A DNA stretch of 64,000 bases from Sminthopsis crassicaudata (Eukaryota). The stretch covers positions 611,400,889 to 611,464,888 of the forward strand of contig NC_133618.1 of assembly GCF_048593235.1 (NCBI RefSeq), read 5' to 3'. The notes under the pieces are model-generated. The model did no database searches and was not told the origin of the DNA. It worked only from the letters and a program-made list of their open reading frames with translations. A program made the translations under genes and the position numbers. Positions 51,670-64,000 of the stretch are shown here, piece by piece (positions within the stretch are counted from its first letter, which is position 1; each line of letters begins with the position of its first letter).

Positions 51670-52530
51670 AAGAAATGACAGAACTCTGAAAAGAGACTAT
51701 AGAAATAGAGAATGTTAAAATAGGATGAGATATAGGAGATGATAGCAAGACAAATAATAAGGATAAAATCACCATTGCTTTTTTTCCTTGGATGTTTGCA
51801 GTTGCTAAGAAGAGTTAAAACTACAAAGAAAGAAATAATGGTCAAGACAGATACAGGGGGATATAAGAAATATAGTAACACAAGACTGAAGCAGTCCCTA
51901 CTGGAAAATACTGACAATGTGGAAGGAATAAAGGAAATGGCATATAAGTGATACTGAAAATAATAGTGAGTAATGAACAAGTGAAAAGAATCATATCTAA
52001 AGAGAATTAAGGATATGCAGGAAGAAAGGAATAGGGAGGAAGTAAATAGAGCATTACCTACACATACCCACTTCAACATGCCTGGAGACAGAAAGAGGAG
52101 AAGGCTATAAAGCTTTGAAGGACAAAAATGGGCAAGTCAAGACCAAATCATTAATGAGATAATGACAGATAAAAGAGCAATTTCCAGATCTGTCAAAGAA
52201 AATGGAAGTGTCTATAAGATAGAAAAGGCTCTTGGGGTCTTTCTTAAGATGCTGCTGACAGAAGGGGAAATTAAGGATTTAGAAGAAAAAAAAAACTGCC
52301 CAAAAGCAGAAGACATAATAAAGCTCTTGAATAAAAGTACTATCCTTGGCATTGATTGATTTAATCAAAGACTTCTTCCAGTGTAATATTTTATTGGATA
52401 ACAAGGAACAAGAAAAGAGGATAAGTATTATTCATGTATGTGCTAAAATTAAAGAGGAAAGCAACCTATCTGGAGAGTATCCACGCCCTCACCAATCCAT
52501 TCCTGGAGGTAGAATAAACGTTGTGTGATT
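51670..52530 (+). mobile_element. Highly degraded L1/HAL1 ORF1-like remnant
   Basis: IKEQFPDL, KIEKALGV and KDF segments occur in the order of L1 ORF1 motifs IxENFPxL, KIERAHRVP and ITQDFS. Confidence 0.4.
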
Positions 52531-53442
52531 TTCCCACTAATTCAAGCTCTTTCCAGGGTGGGTTGGCCATAGAGTTAAATTCAATTGAATCTGCAAGGTA
52601 AAATTTTAAAGGAATGGCTCCCTTCTCGAAGATGAAACAAGATCTTAATAAATTTAGGTTGGAATCAGGTTTTGGATAGCTTTAAAACTTAGGTTAATAT
52701 GTATAACAGGCATTAATAAGATCATTAAGACAATGTCTCCCCTCCAAAGAGCCTACCATAAATCTGTCCTTCCTTTAGATGAAAATTACTTCTTTCCTGA
52801 ATTTTTCATTACATTTTGTACATTGCATTTTTTTTTAACCTATCTCGTTCTCCCTTATATCATGCTTATGTACATATACTCTCTCCCAAAAGATTGTGAG
52901 GTCTTTGAGGACAAAATCCATGTAGTATTTATTTTTCTAAATTCCCAGTACAAGTGTCTTATACATGTTAAGTTCTTACTAAACTTTTTAAGATTAGGAT
53001 TGTTGAGTTAGCCTTCCCCCAAAATTATTCTATCTTTACTTAATATGTATGAATTTTCCAAATATTTATAAGAAGAAATATGTATACATAAGTATGCATT
53101 GATTTGGTAAGTACTTAAATACTTTAAAGTAAATATATCATTTTCTCTTCATTTCCCTAGCACCTAGTCCAGTATTTTGAACATAGTAGAGGCTTCATAG
53201 ATTATTTTTGAATCAAGGACCAGTGGAATAGCTATGTAGAAGGAGATTTCTACCAGTTTGAGGCACAAAACTCAATCTCGGGGAGAAAATAACTTGGATC
53301 TGTTATATACAAAAGTCATCTCCACAGAGATGATAACTGAAATCATATAAAAGGTTAATAATAGAGGGAGATAAAGAAAAAAATACAAGAATCAAGCCTT
53401 AGGAAAAGCCCACACAGAGAGGTCAGAATGAGCAAGAAGAAT

Positions 53443-53808
53443 TGTAGAGTGCCGGAACTCTGAAAAGGTATACTTGAATCAAGGACAGCATGGTGCTTAT
53501 GGTGATGTAATGGTTGCGCGTGCTCAATGTGCTGGAGTGATATAATCGTACTGAGGTATTTAAGGGAGTCTCAGACACAGAAGGCACTTTCAGCCACAGA
53601 CACAGAGAAAACTTCAGGCTCGAGACTCCAGATTCTGGACTCCATCTTTGACCAACCTCATGAGTCTTCTACCTTTATCACTCTTCCACCAAAATCAAGG
53701 ACTTGGGCTGGTCCCGAGGTCCTCCAGAGAGCTAATCTGGACAGTATGTTTTGTCACCCCAACTTGAGGCTTAGAAAGCACACTATATTTTGGCACCCAG
53801 TTGGGACA
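53443..53808 (+). mobile_element. ERV LTR related to 49627-49935, followed by a PBS-like site
   Basis: Starts TGTAGAGTGCCGGAAC and shares tatggtgatgtaatg and tcaagg...ggctg.tcccgag.tcctccaga.agcta with the other LTR. tggcacccagttgggac at 53791 resembles a tRNA-Lys PBS. Confidence 0.7.
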
Positions 53809-54049
53809 CTGAGATATCCCCTAGAGAGGTGAAATCTGTCCCTGTCCAGCCTATAGACCTTTGCCTTCAGGCACAGTAGGCTTGACCATTTCATCTCCTG
53901 AGAGTACTTCCAAAACAATGTCCATCCATATACTGATATGGGAAACTGGGGAATGTGTAGATAATATCCCAGTCACTAATAAAGAACTGACAAAAGAATT
54001 ACACATAAAATATTTCACAGATGGGGAAGAACCTTGGTGTTATCCAAAA

Positions 54050-55400
54050 CGAATCTAGTCTATCTCATCCAAAATAAATGCCCACAACATACTCATAAAA
54101 TGGTTATCCTGTCTTTGTTTGAAGACCTAAATGAGAAGGAATCCATTATTTCCTTAGGTAATCTATTTTATGCTTGAATAGCTCTATTTTTTTTCCCATA
54201 CAATAAATCTAAATTTGCTTCTTTGAAATTTCAGTCCATTTTCTCTCACTTTTACTCTTAGGGATCAAGCATAAAATGTCTAATCCTTTTGCCAAATGAC
54301 AACATGATAAATACAAGGAAGCTGTCATGTATCTTCTAATTTTTCTCTTCTTTAACCTAAAAATGCCAAATTCCAACAACTGGCACATAGTATCACCTTC
54401 AAGGTCCCTCAGCATTGTGGTTCTTTGGATTTTGCCAAGCTCATCAAAATCCTTCCTAAAATATGATTATCAGAACTAAACACGATATTCTAGGTGCGGT
54501 CTGGCCAAGAAAGAAAAAATGGAATTATCACCTGATTCCTGGAAGCTACTTCTCTTAATGCATTTCAACATCAAATTAGTTTTTGTGGCTGACATATCAC
54601 TATTGATTCATATTGAGCTTGTAGTCAAATAAAATCCCTAGACCTTTTTCAGACATACTACTGTTTAAAGTTGCCCATCCTCATCTGGTAAAGCTTATTT
54701 TTTTTTAACTCAAATGTAAGACTTTATATTTATACCTATTAAATTTCATTATTAAATTTGACTTAATATTCCAAAATGCAGAAATTTTAGTGGATCTTGA
54801 CTCCAACCAATGTATTAGCTATCTCTCCAAATTTTGTGAAACTTGTAAACCTGATAAGAATATCATAAAGGCTTTTATACAAGTTATTTAATACATGTTT
54901 TAAAACACAAGGCCTAGCACAGCATTATATATAAAACAGGCACTCAGTGTTTGCTGAATCAAACTGGAATGGGTCAAATAATAGTCCAATGTGTCAGGTA
55001 CTTTATTAGAAATCTTCTATCAAGCTGATGTGAAATTATTAGCAACTGTTCTGACTCCAGCTGTTCAATCAGTTCCAAATCCATTTAATTATACTAATAC
55101 CTAGCCCACATTTCTTCATCTTTTCTCATAAGAATAATATGTGATACTTTATAAAATACTTTTAAAAAAATTTTAGGTATATATGTCTACAAGTTTCCTT
55201 TAGTCTACTACTCTAAGTAGTTTCTAAGAAGACATCCAACTAAGATCCTCTCCTTGGAGGTCTTCATTCAGTCATCATGTAAACCACATGTTAGATGTGT
55301 TACAGAAGAAATTTCTTTGTGACTTAGTTCAAATAAACATTTTTGGAGGCCTCTCCATTTCTCAAATTGTGATTCTATGGAAAAAAGGAAACAAGATTAG
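54050..55400 (-). mobile_element. L3/CR1 LINE (antisense)
   Basis: Reverse complement gives KAFDKVSH/MERCGL-like RT motifs and the CR1 3' end. Confidence 0.75.
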
Positions 55401-57897
55401 GCTGGCATGACTTTTTTTTAATTAAATTTTATTAATGCCTTTTAATTTTTTACATTACAGTCATTTCTGAATGTATCCCTTTTCCTCCTGTCCTCCCATT
55501 CCTGTAAGCCTTACTTTTTAACAAGAAGAAAATAAATCCAATCAATACATCAGATATATTTTCTAACATATGCCATATTCCACCCCCATAGTGTCCCCAC
55601 ATGCAAATGAAATAAGTCTTTCTCTCCTGAGTCCAAGACTGGTCACTAAAATTAACAGTGTTAATTTTATTTTATAGCTCCTTTTCCTTTATATTGTTGT
55701 AGTTTGTGTGTACGATTTTCCTGATTTCTTTACTTCTCTCCTAATTAATTTAAACAAGCCTTCCCATTTTTCTCTGAAAGCCTTGCATTCATAATTTTTA
55801 CTACAGATTATTTATACTATTCATATACTATAAAAGGTCTAGATATTAACTCAAATTATGGGCATTTATTTTACTAATAGTTCTTTGCTATCACAAAAAT
55901 GTTTCTATAAATATTTTGGTATATATGGGAACTATTCTTTCCACTCACGTCTTTAACCATCTTGGTAGTAGCAGCTAGGTGGCTGGCACAGTGGAGAGGA
56001 AAATGGGAGTTGAAATCAGGAGGAAGATTAGAGTTTGAGGTCTGACTTAGGCACTAGGGACACTAGGCAAGTAATTTAACCTCTCAATATAAGTTTTTCT
56101 CTTTTATAAAATAGGGATAAAAATAATATCAACTCTTTGGAATTATTTGTCAGAATCAAAACAAATAATAAATTTAAAGAATTTTGCAAACCTTAAAGTA
56201 CTATATAAATGATAATTGTTATCAACAGAATCTCAGAATACTACTAACAGTGTATTAGTAGTATCTTTCCATAATCCCCTCTACATGACCTGTTTGTAAA
56301 ACCATGCTGGTTCTTAGTGATTATTGATTCCTTTTTGAGATTATAACTAATTATGTCTTACAGATAGATCAATGGTTCATTGCCTCAATAGAGGGATGAT
56401 AGATAGATAATGCTCTATCTATGTGGCAGGCATTTTACCAAGTGCTAGGGATAAAATCCAAGTAATCAAGAGAGTTCCACCCACTCTTAAGAAAAGTAAC
56501 TTTAATGGGGGAAAACAACACAAGCACAGCTCAAAAATGGAGCAGAGGCCTAGTCCCAGGCAAAATAAAACAAAAGATTATCTACTAATGCCTTAGGAGG
56601 TGGGATTGATAGACAAAAAGATCTGATAAGTTCTTGGGCTATTAGTCAGGAAATGAATTGGAAGCCTGATCCAGCCAAGAGAAAGCAAAAGCTCAGTTAT
56701 CAGAGCCTAAGCTGTTTCCAGGGGCAGAGTTCAAGTTCCTTTATGGGAGAGATAGTGATGGATCGTGGTTTAAAAGGAGGTAGCATGGTTGGAACAGTTG
56801 GCTATGTAGTTTTTCTAGGGAATGAAGGGCACACTCATTACCTTGAGGCTAGAAGATTCCCATTCTCTTTCATTTTTCAAAAATCTAGCTATCTGTCTTT
56901 CTGCAGGTATTGTAGAACCTGTCCTTATTTCCAAAATCTTTTGAACAGATAATAACTCAGCAGTTATATTCATCAGTCCTTTCAGTTATGAGAACATACT
57001 GAGCCAGATGACTTGAATTTAAGAATAAATAGCTTAAATATCTCTTTATTTATCACTGTTAATTGACTACTCGTTAGCCATTTTTATCTATTCTTTCCAG
57101 TCAAAGAATTATTGGCTGAGAAAACAGTAAATAAGAACTGAATCAATGTGCAATGGCAGATAGAACATAGGATTAAAATACAGGAAGTCCTAAATTCAAA
57201 ATCTGGGTGATAGTAAGCAAGTTACTTAACCTCCATGTGCCTCAGTTTACTCATCTGAAAAAGAAGATGTTAAACTCAAGGATTCTTCCAGCCTTCTCTC
57301 TGTTGTCAGTGTCCTCATCCCCTTATCTTGTATGAGATAATGAATGAAATGAAGTAGATGGAAATACAATAAAATCTTGGAGCAGGAAAAAACTGTGAAG
57401 GCTATCCAAATTAAGCCATACCTGCAGAAGAAGTATATCTCTACAATATACCTAACAAAGAATCACCTAGTTTTGTGGTATTCCAATTATAACATTCTCT
57501 TATATTCCACATTTTTAGGATTCCTTCTGACCTCAAGCCTATGCAACTAACTCTTGTAGCAGATAGTTCAGTTCAATTCAAATGAATTGAATTCTATTCA
57601 GACTATGACTACTAACTTCCTTGAGGCAGGGTGGGTAATGCTCAGTCCCTAAATCTCTATTATTTATTACCTTGTATTATGAATTTTACCTCATATTAAC
57701 TCGGCTTATGGATGAAAAAACAAATTGACTCATTAACTGTACTGTTGCTGTGATTAAAGTTCATCTATATTGTTTGCAAATATATTTTATATCAGAATGA
57801 TTCAATTCTATTAAATAAAACTTATAGAACTGATCTTAACATTTTGAGAAATATTTTTTACTTAACAAAAAGTTGTGCAAAACTCTGCACTGGGCAC

Positions 57898-58488
57898 TGT
57901 AACATGCCCTCCTGGCAGTAACAATTACTAGTCTGTCCTAGGCCCAACAGAGTACCTTTGACCACTGACCTTTGCAGTGTCAACTCTACCCGGCTCGCCT
58001 CCTCTGAGGCCTTCAAAGGTCTCTGGCCACGATCTCTTGAATCTATAGTTTAATAACCAGTAACGCGCTCAAGAACAGCCATGTGTAATCTTAAAAGCCT
58101 TTATTATACCTACTCACATAATGCTCTGACTTGATGTCCTGACTTGTTAGTTCCCTAATGAACACCTGGTCTGAACACCCATGTGTTCTCTATCAAACTC
58201 CTTACCTCTCTACTATCCATCAGTTTGGCTTGGCTTGGCTACCCCAGGCTAGGGAGCCAGGTTAAAGAGCGCCAGGTTAAAGAGAACGACTGCTGTCTGT
58301 AGTGGGCTTATAAAGGGCCTGTGAGATCACACGCACAGCCAACCAGCAAGAGAGCCATCACCCATTACGAAGCTATCTCAATATGGCCAGGATCCCACCC
58401 ACAGGGAAGTCCTGTATCCACAGAGAATACTTCTGGGACACTCAAATCTCCTATTGTGCTGTGCCTGCCCATTTAAAGGGCCCTTACA
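57898..58488 (-). mobile_element. ERV 3' LTR (antisense)
   Basis: On the minus strand: TGTAAGGG start, tttataag TATA-like motif, AATAAA, ...GTTACA end. Purine tract aaaacaagagaagggaat lies immediately upstream (58489-58506). Confidence 0.85.
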
Positions 58489-61400
58489 ATTCCCTTCTCT
58501 TGTTTTGTGAGGACCGCATCCTTACAGGGAACAGGACACATGTCAACTTAAAACTCAATCCCTTCTTTCACTGAGTTCCCAGTCTAGTAGGGGGATGTGC
58601 CATCCAACAAATAATTATAATACACAACACATTCATGAAAAAAGGCATATACAAGGTAAATGGTAGAATGACAAGCAGGAATAAAGGAATGAGGGTAAAC
58701 TATGAAACAGAACAAGTATTTTTAAATTAAAAATGCATTAGCCAAGAGTTTGTGAATCTGAATTGGCTAAACATAAAATTATATGTGATGATACTCCTTC
58801 ACCATCTGTAAGTTTGATTATAAACCAAAACAAGGTAAATCCCTCCCTATGTACTTTTGATTTCATCCTGCTTCTAGATATTTACTAGCTGTGCTATCCT
58901 AGGCAAGTCAATTAGCTCTTCTGGTCTTTCTTTTTCTTATCAGTAGAATGAATGGAGTAAACTCAATGGCCGGTAAAATTCCTTTAAGCCTTAGAGATAG
59001 GATCCAATGGACCTAATGTAATTCAAATTGGTGGCATCTGCTAAGTAGTATTTTGGGGCAGGAAGTTTCCTATGTTCTTTGCCTTCCCTAACCTTTATGT
59101 CTTTATTATTATATTTTCCCCTTTCTCATCTCTGCAAGCTGAGCCCCAGGACTCAATAAAAAAAAAGCTTATAATGGTAAAAAAAGAGCAACTAATTTGA
59201 ATAAATGGCATTCTATTAAGAAAAACTGATAGTCCCTTATAATATTATGACTGCCATAATCATGCTATTTTATATAAATTAAGAGTTCAATAAATGCTAT
59301 TGATTAAAATGACTGAAATCAACATTTTACTACCTTGCATTCTATCATTTGTTGTAGGCAAGGCAGATTGGTATAGTAAAAAGAATGCTGGCTTTGGAAT
59401 CAAAGGATCCAGTTACATTCAAGTTTTGATTCCAATTCTTATTGCTTATATGACATTAGTTAAGAAGTCACTTAACTTCCGTTGGGCTCAGTTTCCTCAT
59501 CTGCATCATGCTAAGGTTGGACTAGGTGTACCTTAAGGTTCCTTATAGCTCTAAATCTAAGATTCTTTGTTTACGACTGTTTACAAGAATGGTCAATTCT
59601 CTTCCAAATCTTGGACAAAATGAATTCCTCTTAGGTCTTAATTTTCTCATTTGTGAACTTGATTGATCTAGATACTTTTTAAGGTCCCATTTAATCCTAA
59701 ATACCTGAATGCTAGTACTGCTAAACATTATTTGTGGCTTTCTTTACTTGAAAATAAACTGTATTAAAAAGGGAAGGGCAAAGTTCTTCACATTTACAAA
59801 ACAGCACTTTTTAAAGACTGGCAGAAATCCCTATAAATAGAGTGGTTTGTTTCTGTGTCCTGGAAGAACCTAGGAGAATAGAGTGATTGTGAAGGGGCTA
59901 AATACAGAAAAGTAAATGAGGTACTTTTATGGATATGCTTATTTTTTCCTGTCTCCATGAAGACATTCTGTGACTAAATTAGATTTCCAGTGTCTTGCCC
60001 CTCCTCAGAAACAGATTCCCCAGGGATTAGGAGGAGAGGAAAATGACTATTAGCTTGTGTGGTTTTGTATATGTGTATGTTTTAAAGAAAAACACATAAC
60101 TTCTTATATAAGAAATAAACAAATAATGAACAAGTCCCAGTTTAGAAAACTTCAAAATTCAAATTAGGTACCAGAACACTATTTAGTTTAATACTTCAAA
60201 AGGTTCTGGCTCAATCACTGTGAATATTACCTCCATCAACACCTATCTCAACAATTCCAAGTTTATTAGAGAATATTTATGAATTGTCGTGGTCAAACAC
60301 TCCATCAATTGTTGGTTAACTTGTAAACTTCTCCAAATTTGTTAAGTAATTTAAAAAATATAGTTCTCAAATACACATAGTCCCTCACTGCACCTGTAGA
60401 GTCAAAGCCTTTCCAACTTAGTAAAATATACCAGAGTTTAAACCATAGTCTTTGGGTGACCCCACTATCCTGATGAGACAATGATTTGGAAATTTAGTAG
60501 AGGACCAGGACCTAAAGGTTTTTAAAAATCTTTATTTTTCTCTATTTTAAACCATAAGGAGCCTCCTCATTTCTAAGTCAAATTACAACTTCTGAAACAC
60601 TATGAAATCCATAGAAGAGGGATGGGAGAAAAGGATGTAAGTATATTTTACTTTACTAAATAGATACCTTCTTTAAGAAAGTGACTGTATTATATCCCAA
60701 ATGTCTTGGTGCAATTTTAAGTTTTAATATTTCAAAAGTATGAAAACTTATAAAAACTTGTAAATTAACAAAAAGCTTACAAAAATATCATAGATATTAT
60801 TTAAATTTATTTTACATTTAGTTTTGCAGATTCTAAATATCAAATTTTTCATTTTAACAAGATGGGACAACCTGCCTTGCATCAAACACTTTCTTAGACC
60901 ATCAGATCAGTAGAAGATACTCTTATTCAGACACCTCAGTCACTTGATCTATCAATCAGTTTGAATATTAGATTATTCTTTGTGGGCTCATGTCAAAACT
61001 TTCATACATGTATCAAATTCACATTCTTTGGATGTTCTTAAAGTTACAATTTTGAATGTAATTCTCTCAGTCAATGAGTAGCAGCTGATAGAAAATTTGA
61101 AAATCAATTTAAAAGATGTAAAGCAAAAGGCATTGGTTATATTGAATTTTAATATAAAATATTATTTCTAAATTTTAAATAACCTTTAAAATAATCTCAT
61201 ATATTTGTAGTATTTGATGAAAATATTAAAGTTTAAAACTGTATTAACAACAATTGTTTATATGTACATTGACAAATTGATAAATGGAAATATTCTTTTG
61301 AAAAATGTCTAGCTCCAATGGGGTAAACTCAATGGCCTATAAAATTCCTTTAAGTCTTAGAAATAGGATCCAATAGGACTGAGGAATAATATCACATCTA

Positions 61401-61984
61401 AATGTAAGTAAATCTCTTAGATGTATTTCTTCAATACTTTAAGAATCTGTGATTTCATCTATATAGGTACTTTCCCTCTACTAATACTAATCATACTCTT
61501 TCAAAATTTTATTTATTTATTCAAGAGCTATAGTAACTGAAGAATTTATCAACCTTATTATGGTAAGCCTGAAGATAAACTTATCCAAATATTAGCTTAG
61601 GTTTGCTTTTAGATTAAAAAAGCATATAATTCACCAATGATCCTTATTTGAAGTCTTTCTAGTTTGGAGCAGGACTTGCTAGAAGTTGTACTGCATTGAC
61701 ACAGCTTTTGGGAAGACAGGGTCACCCCTATGATATAAAGAGGCATTATATTAGGGCTGCAGTAAAGATTTAAATACATGTTCACATGAAAATGACATTT
61801 CAGATAAACATTAATAAAGTTCAGAATAAATCATAAAATATGGCAGAGAAATAACTAGGGTTGGGTCATTTTTGTCTTTGGGACAAGAAATTAAAAGGGT
61901 TAAGGTAAACTTAAAAACAGCCTAAAAACATCATCCTAACTGAATACAATTCATACAAGTGAAAAATTTTCAGTTCCTATACAT

Positions 61985-61989
61985 CTCCT

Positions 61990-62030
<41 letters not shown>

Positions 62031-62250
62031 GCTTTTTATTGGCAGAACATATGCATGGGTAATTTTTCAACATTGACCCTTGCAAACATTTCTGTTCCAC
62101 TTTTTCCCATCCTTCCCTTCACCCCCTCCCCTAAATGGCAGGCAGTCTTATACATGTTAAACATGTTACAATATATCTTAAATACAATATATGTGTATAT
62201 ATATTTATACAGTTCTCTTGTTGCACAAGAAAAATCTGATTTAGAAAGGT
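61985..62250 (-). mobile_element. 5'-truncated L1 3' UTR with (AAT)n tail
   Basis: (att)n run followed by antisense L1 3' UTR (agctttttattggcagaacatatgcatgggtaatttttcaacattgaccc). Confidence 0.85.
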
Positions 62251-63477
62251 AAAAATAACCTCCTCCCTAGTATTTTATAGTAGAATAGTATTCAACTAAT
62301 TCTGCTTGATAATTCAATGCTTCCAAATACTTTATTTGGACACTTCTGACTTTTAGAAATGCACAGGTTGATCTGGGTTGAAGGAAAGTGACCCAAAAAA
62401 TACACCAGAAAGCAGTGATTCAAAATAAACAGATAGAGAGTGTATTTACTGGAATATACAAAATGGTAAAGTTAACAAAGTAGTATCTATACTGACGTTA
62501 ATAGTAGAGGGAATTTGCCCTAATATGATATTAGAATGTAGTTAAAATAATCTTCATGTGATAATATATTCATACATAAAAACATTTCCCCTAATTTATA
62601 CATTTATATTCTATATATTGAGCTTCAATATTAATACTATTCTAAAAGTATGTATTTCTAAAGGATTGACAGCTTTAAGTATGTTAAAAGATATTTCTTG
62701 ATATAACAAGAATGAAGAAAGAAATTAAATGCAATAAAATACATGTTGAACACCTACTAGGTACCCATAACAGTGCAAGTCTCAATGGGGAATACAGAAG
62801 AGATATACACTTGTCTCCTTCTTTAAGGATTTTACCATTTTATTAAAGAAAAATACACCATGAAACAATTACAGAACAATATAGTAAAGATTCTGGACTA
62901 AAATTAAGTATAATGTAGTTCCACATTTAGGCTTCAATGTATCTCAACAGTATGGGTCCTCCTTCCATACTTTCTCATTCTACCTCTGAGGCTATTAATC
63001 ATCATGTCTTTCCACAACTCCTCCATGGAAAAGTCGCCTAATGGACTGGAAGCTTTCTTCTGTTTCTATTAAGTCTTCTGTCTATACCACAGCAAACCTC
63101 AACTTGTTTGTTTATCCATTACCCTTCACTCTCTCCCTATGATACTGTTTTATCTCCTCTTGTATTGTTATACAAAATAAGATCTATAAATGCTCTGCAA
63201 ACCTTAAAGTGATCTATCAATATTATTTATTGCTCTTTTATTTTTTCATAGCACTCCTCAAACATAAGTTTATCTACATCCATTGCCCTTAGGCTACCGA
63301 GTTCACAGACATACAGCATCCCTTGAAACATACTAGTACTTAAAAGATGAGCTTTTGTAGTACTGAACAACTTAGAATCATTAAATGTATTATGAAGTTT
63401 CCCTAATGCAATTCAGCCTGGCCTCTTCCTTCTTAATTGATGGTAAGACTATTTCAATGTCTTTATGTAGTTCATGA

Positions 63478-63725
63478 CATATGTGTATGTAAATAACTAT
63501 GACTAGACATATTTCACATCACACATACATACATCTACATTTTAAGTATAGGTTACTTGTGTGATATGACCCAGTATATATATTTATGTACACACACATA
63601 TATATACACATATGTTCATATACCTATGTTTATGTTTGTGTGTAAACACGGGTAAATTTGTATATATCCATATATGTATATATGCATCAATATATACACA
63701 CAACTATACACATACACATATATAG
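63478..63725. repeat. TA/CA-rich low-complexity tract
   Basis: Degenerate (TA)n/(CA)n/(TG)n mosaic. Confidence 0.8.
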
Positions 63726-64000
63726 AAATTCTATCTTCCTATTAAGATTGGACACCTTGGCACTCTAGTTTTCCAAGATAACAAAAGATTGCCTTATCTA
63801 GGATTAGTTATACAACTAATTAATGTCAGATTTGGAACATGAATACTGATTTTACTGACTTTTAGAGTTGGTTTTCTATCCACTAAGATTATACAGTTAA
63901 AATATGTCCAGCTCTTCTGTTATTAAAAGCCAAATGTCTATCCAAAATATCTCACCTCTCTAGACACAGAAATAGCTATTCATAGCTAAAGTGATAAAAT

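Noticed and set aside
51739-52528. Protein-like ORFs first considered as an endogenous viral element
   Set aside because: Motif order fits degraded L1/HAL1 ORF1 better, and no viral motif was found.
60231-61727. Possible exons 61635-61727 and 60231-60393 on the minus strand
   Set aside because: The second contains in-frame stops before its best donor, and the first has only a moderate donor and low-complexity composition.

Overview
AT-rich, repeat-dense vertebrate DNA. The L1 3' UTRs, Mar1/MIR-type CORE-SINEs, WSINE1-like insert and abundant L3/CR1 and L2 remnants point to a marsupial, probably a dasyurid-like Australian species (inferred from repeat content only). No long intact ORF exists, and most ORF-track entries are artefacts of repeats or microsatellites. 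Firmest calls: (1) a doubly truncated processed pseudogene of histone H3.3, H3F3B type, at 14085-14370; (2) a 308-bp near-fully palindromic fold-back insertion with TG...CA ends and a 6-bp target-site duplication (TSD) at 39187-39494; (3) three ERV LTR relics: one solo LTR with a 6-bp TSD, one followed by a Lys-tRNA-like primer-binding site (PBS), and one 3' LTR with a polypurine tract; (4) L1 insertions with TSDs, mariner transposase fossils and hAT-type MITEs. A set of GT-AG bounded, single-frame-open candidate exons on the minus strand (about 48.2 kb to 28.4 kb, possibly continuing to the window start) suggests an intron-rich protein-coding gene that I could not identify. One of these exons is broken by a +/-1 nt error in an A8 run.
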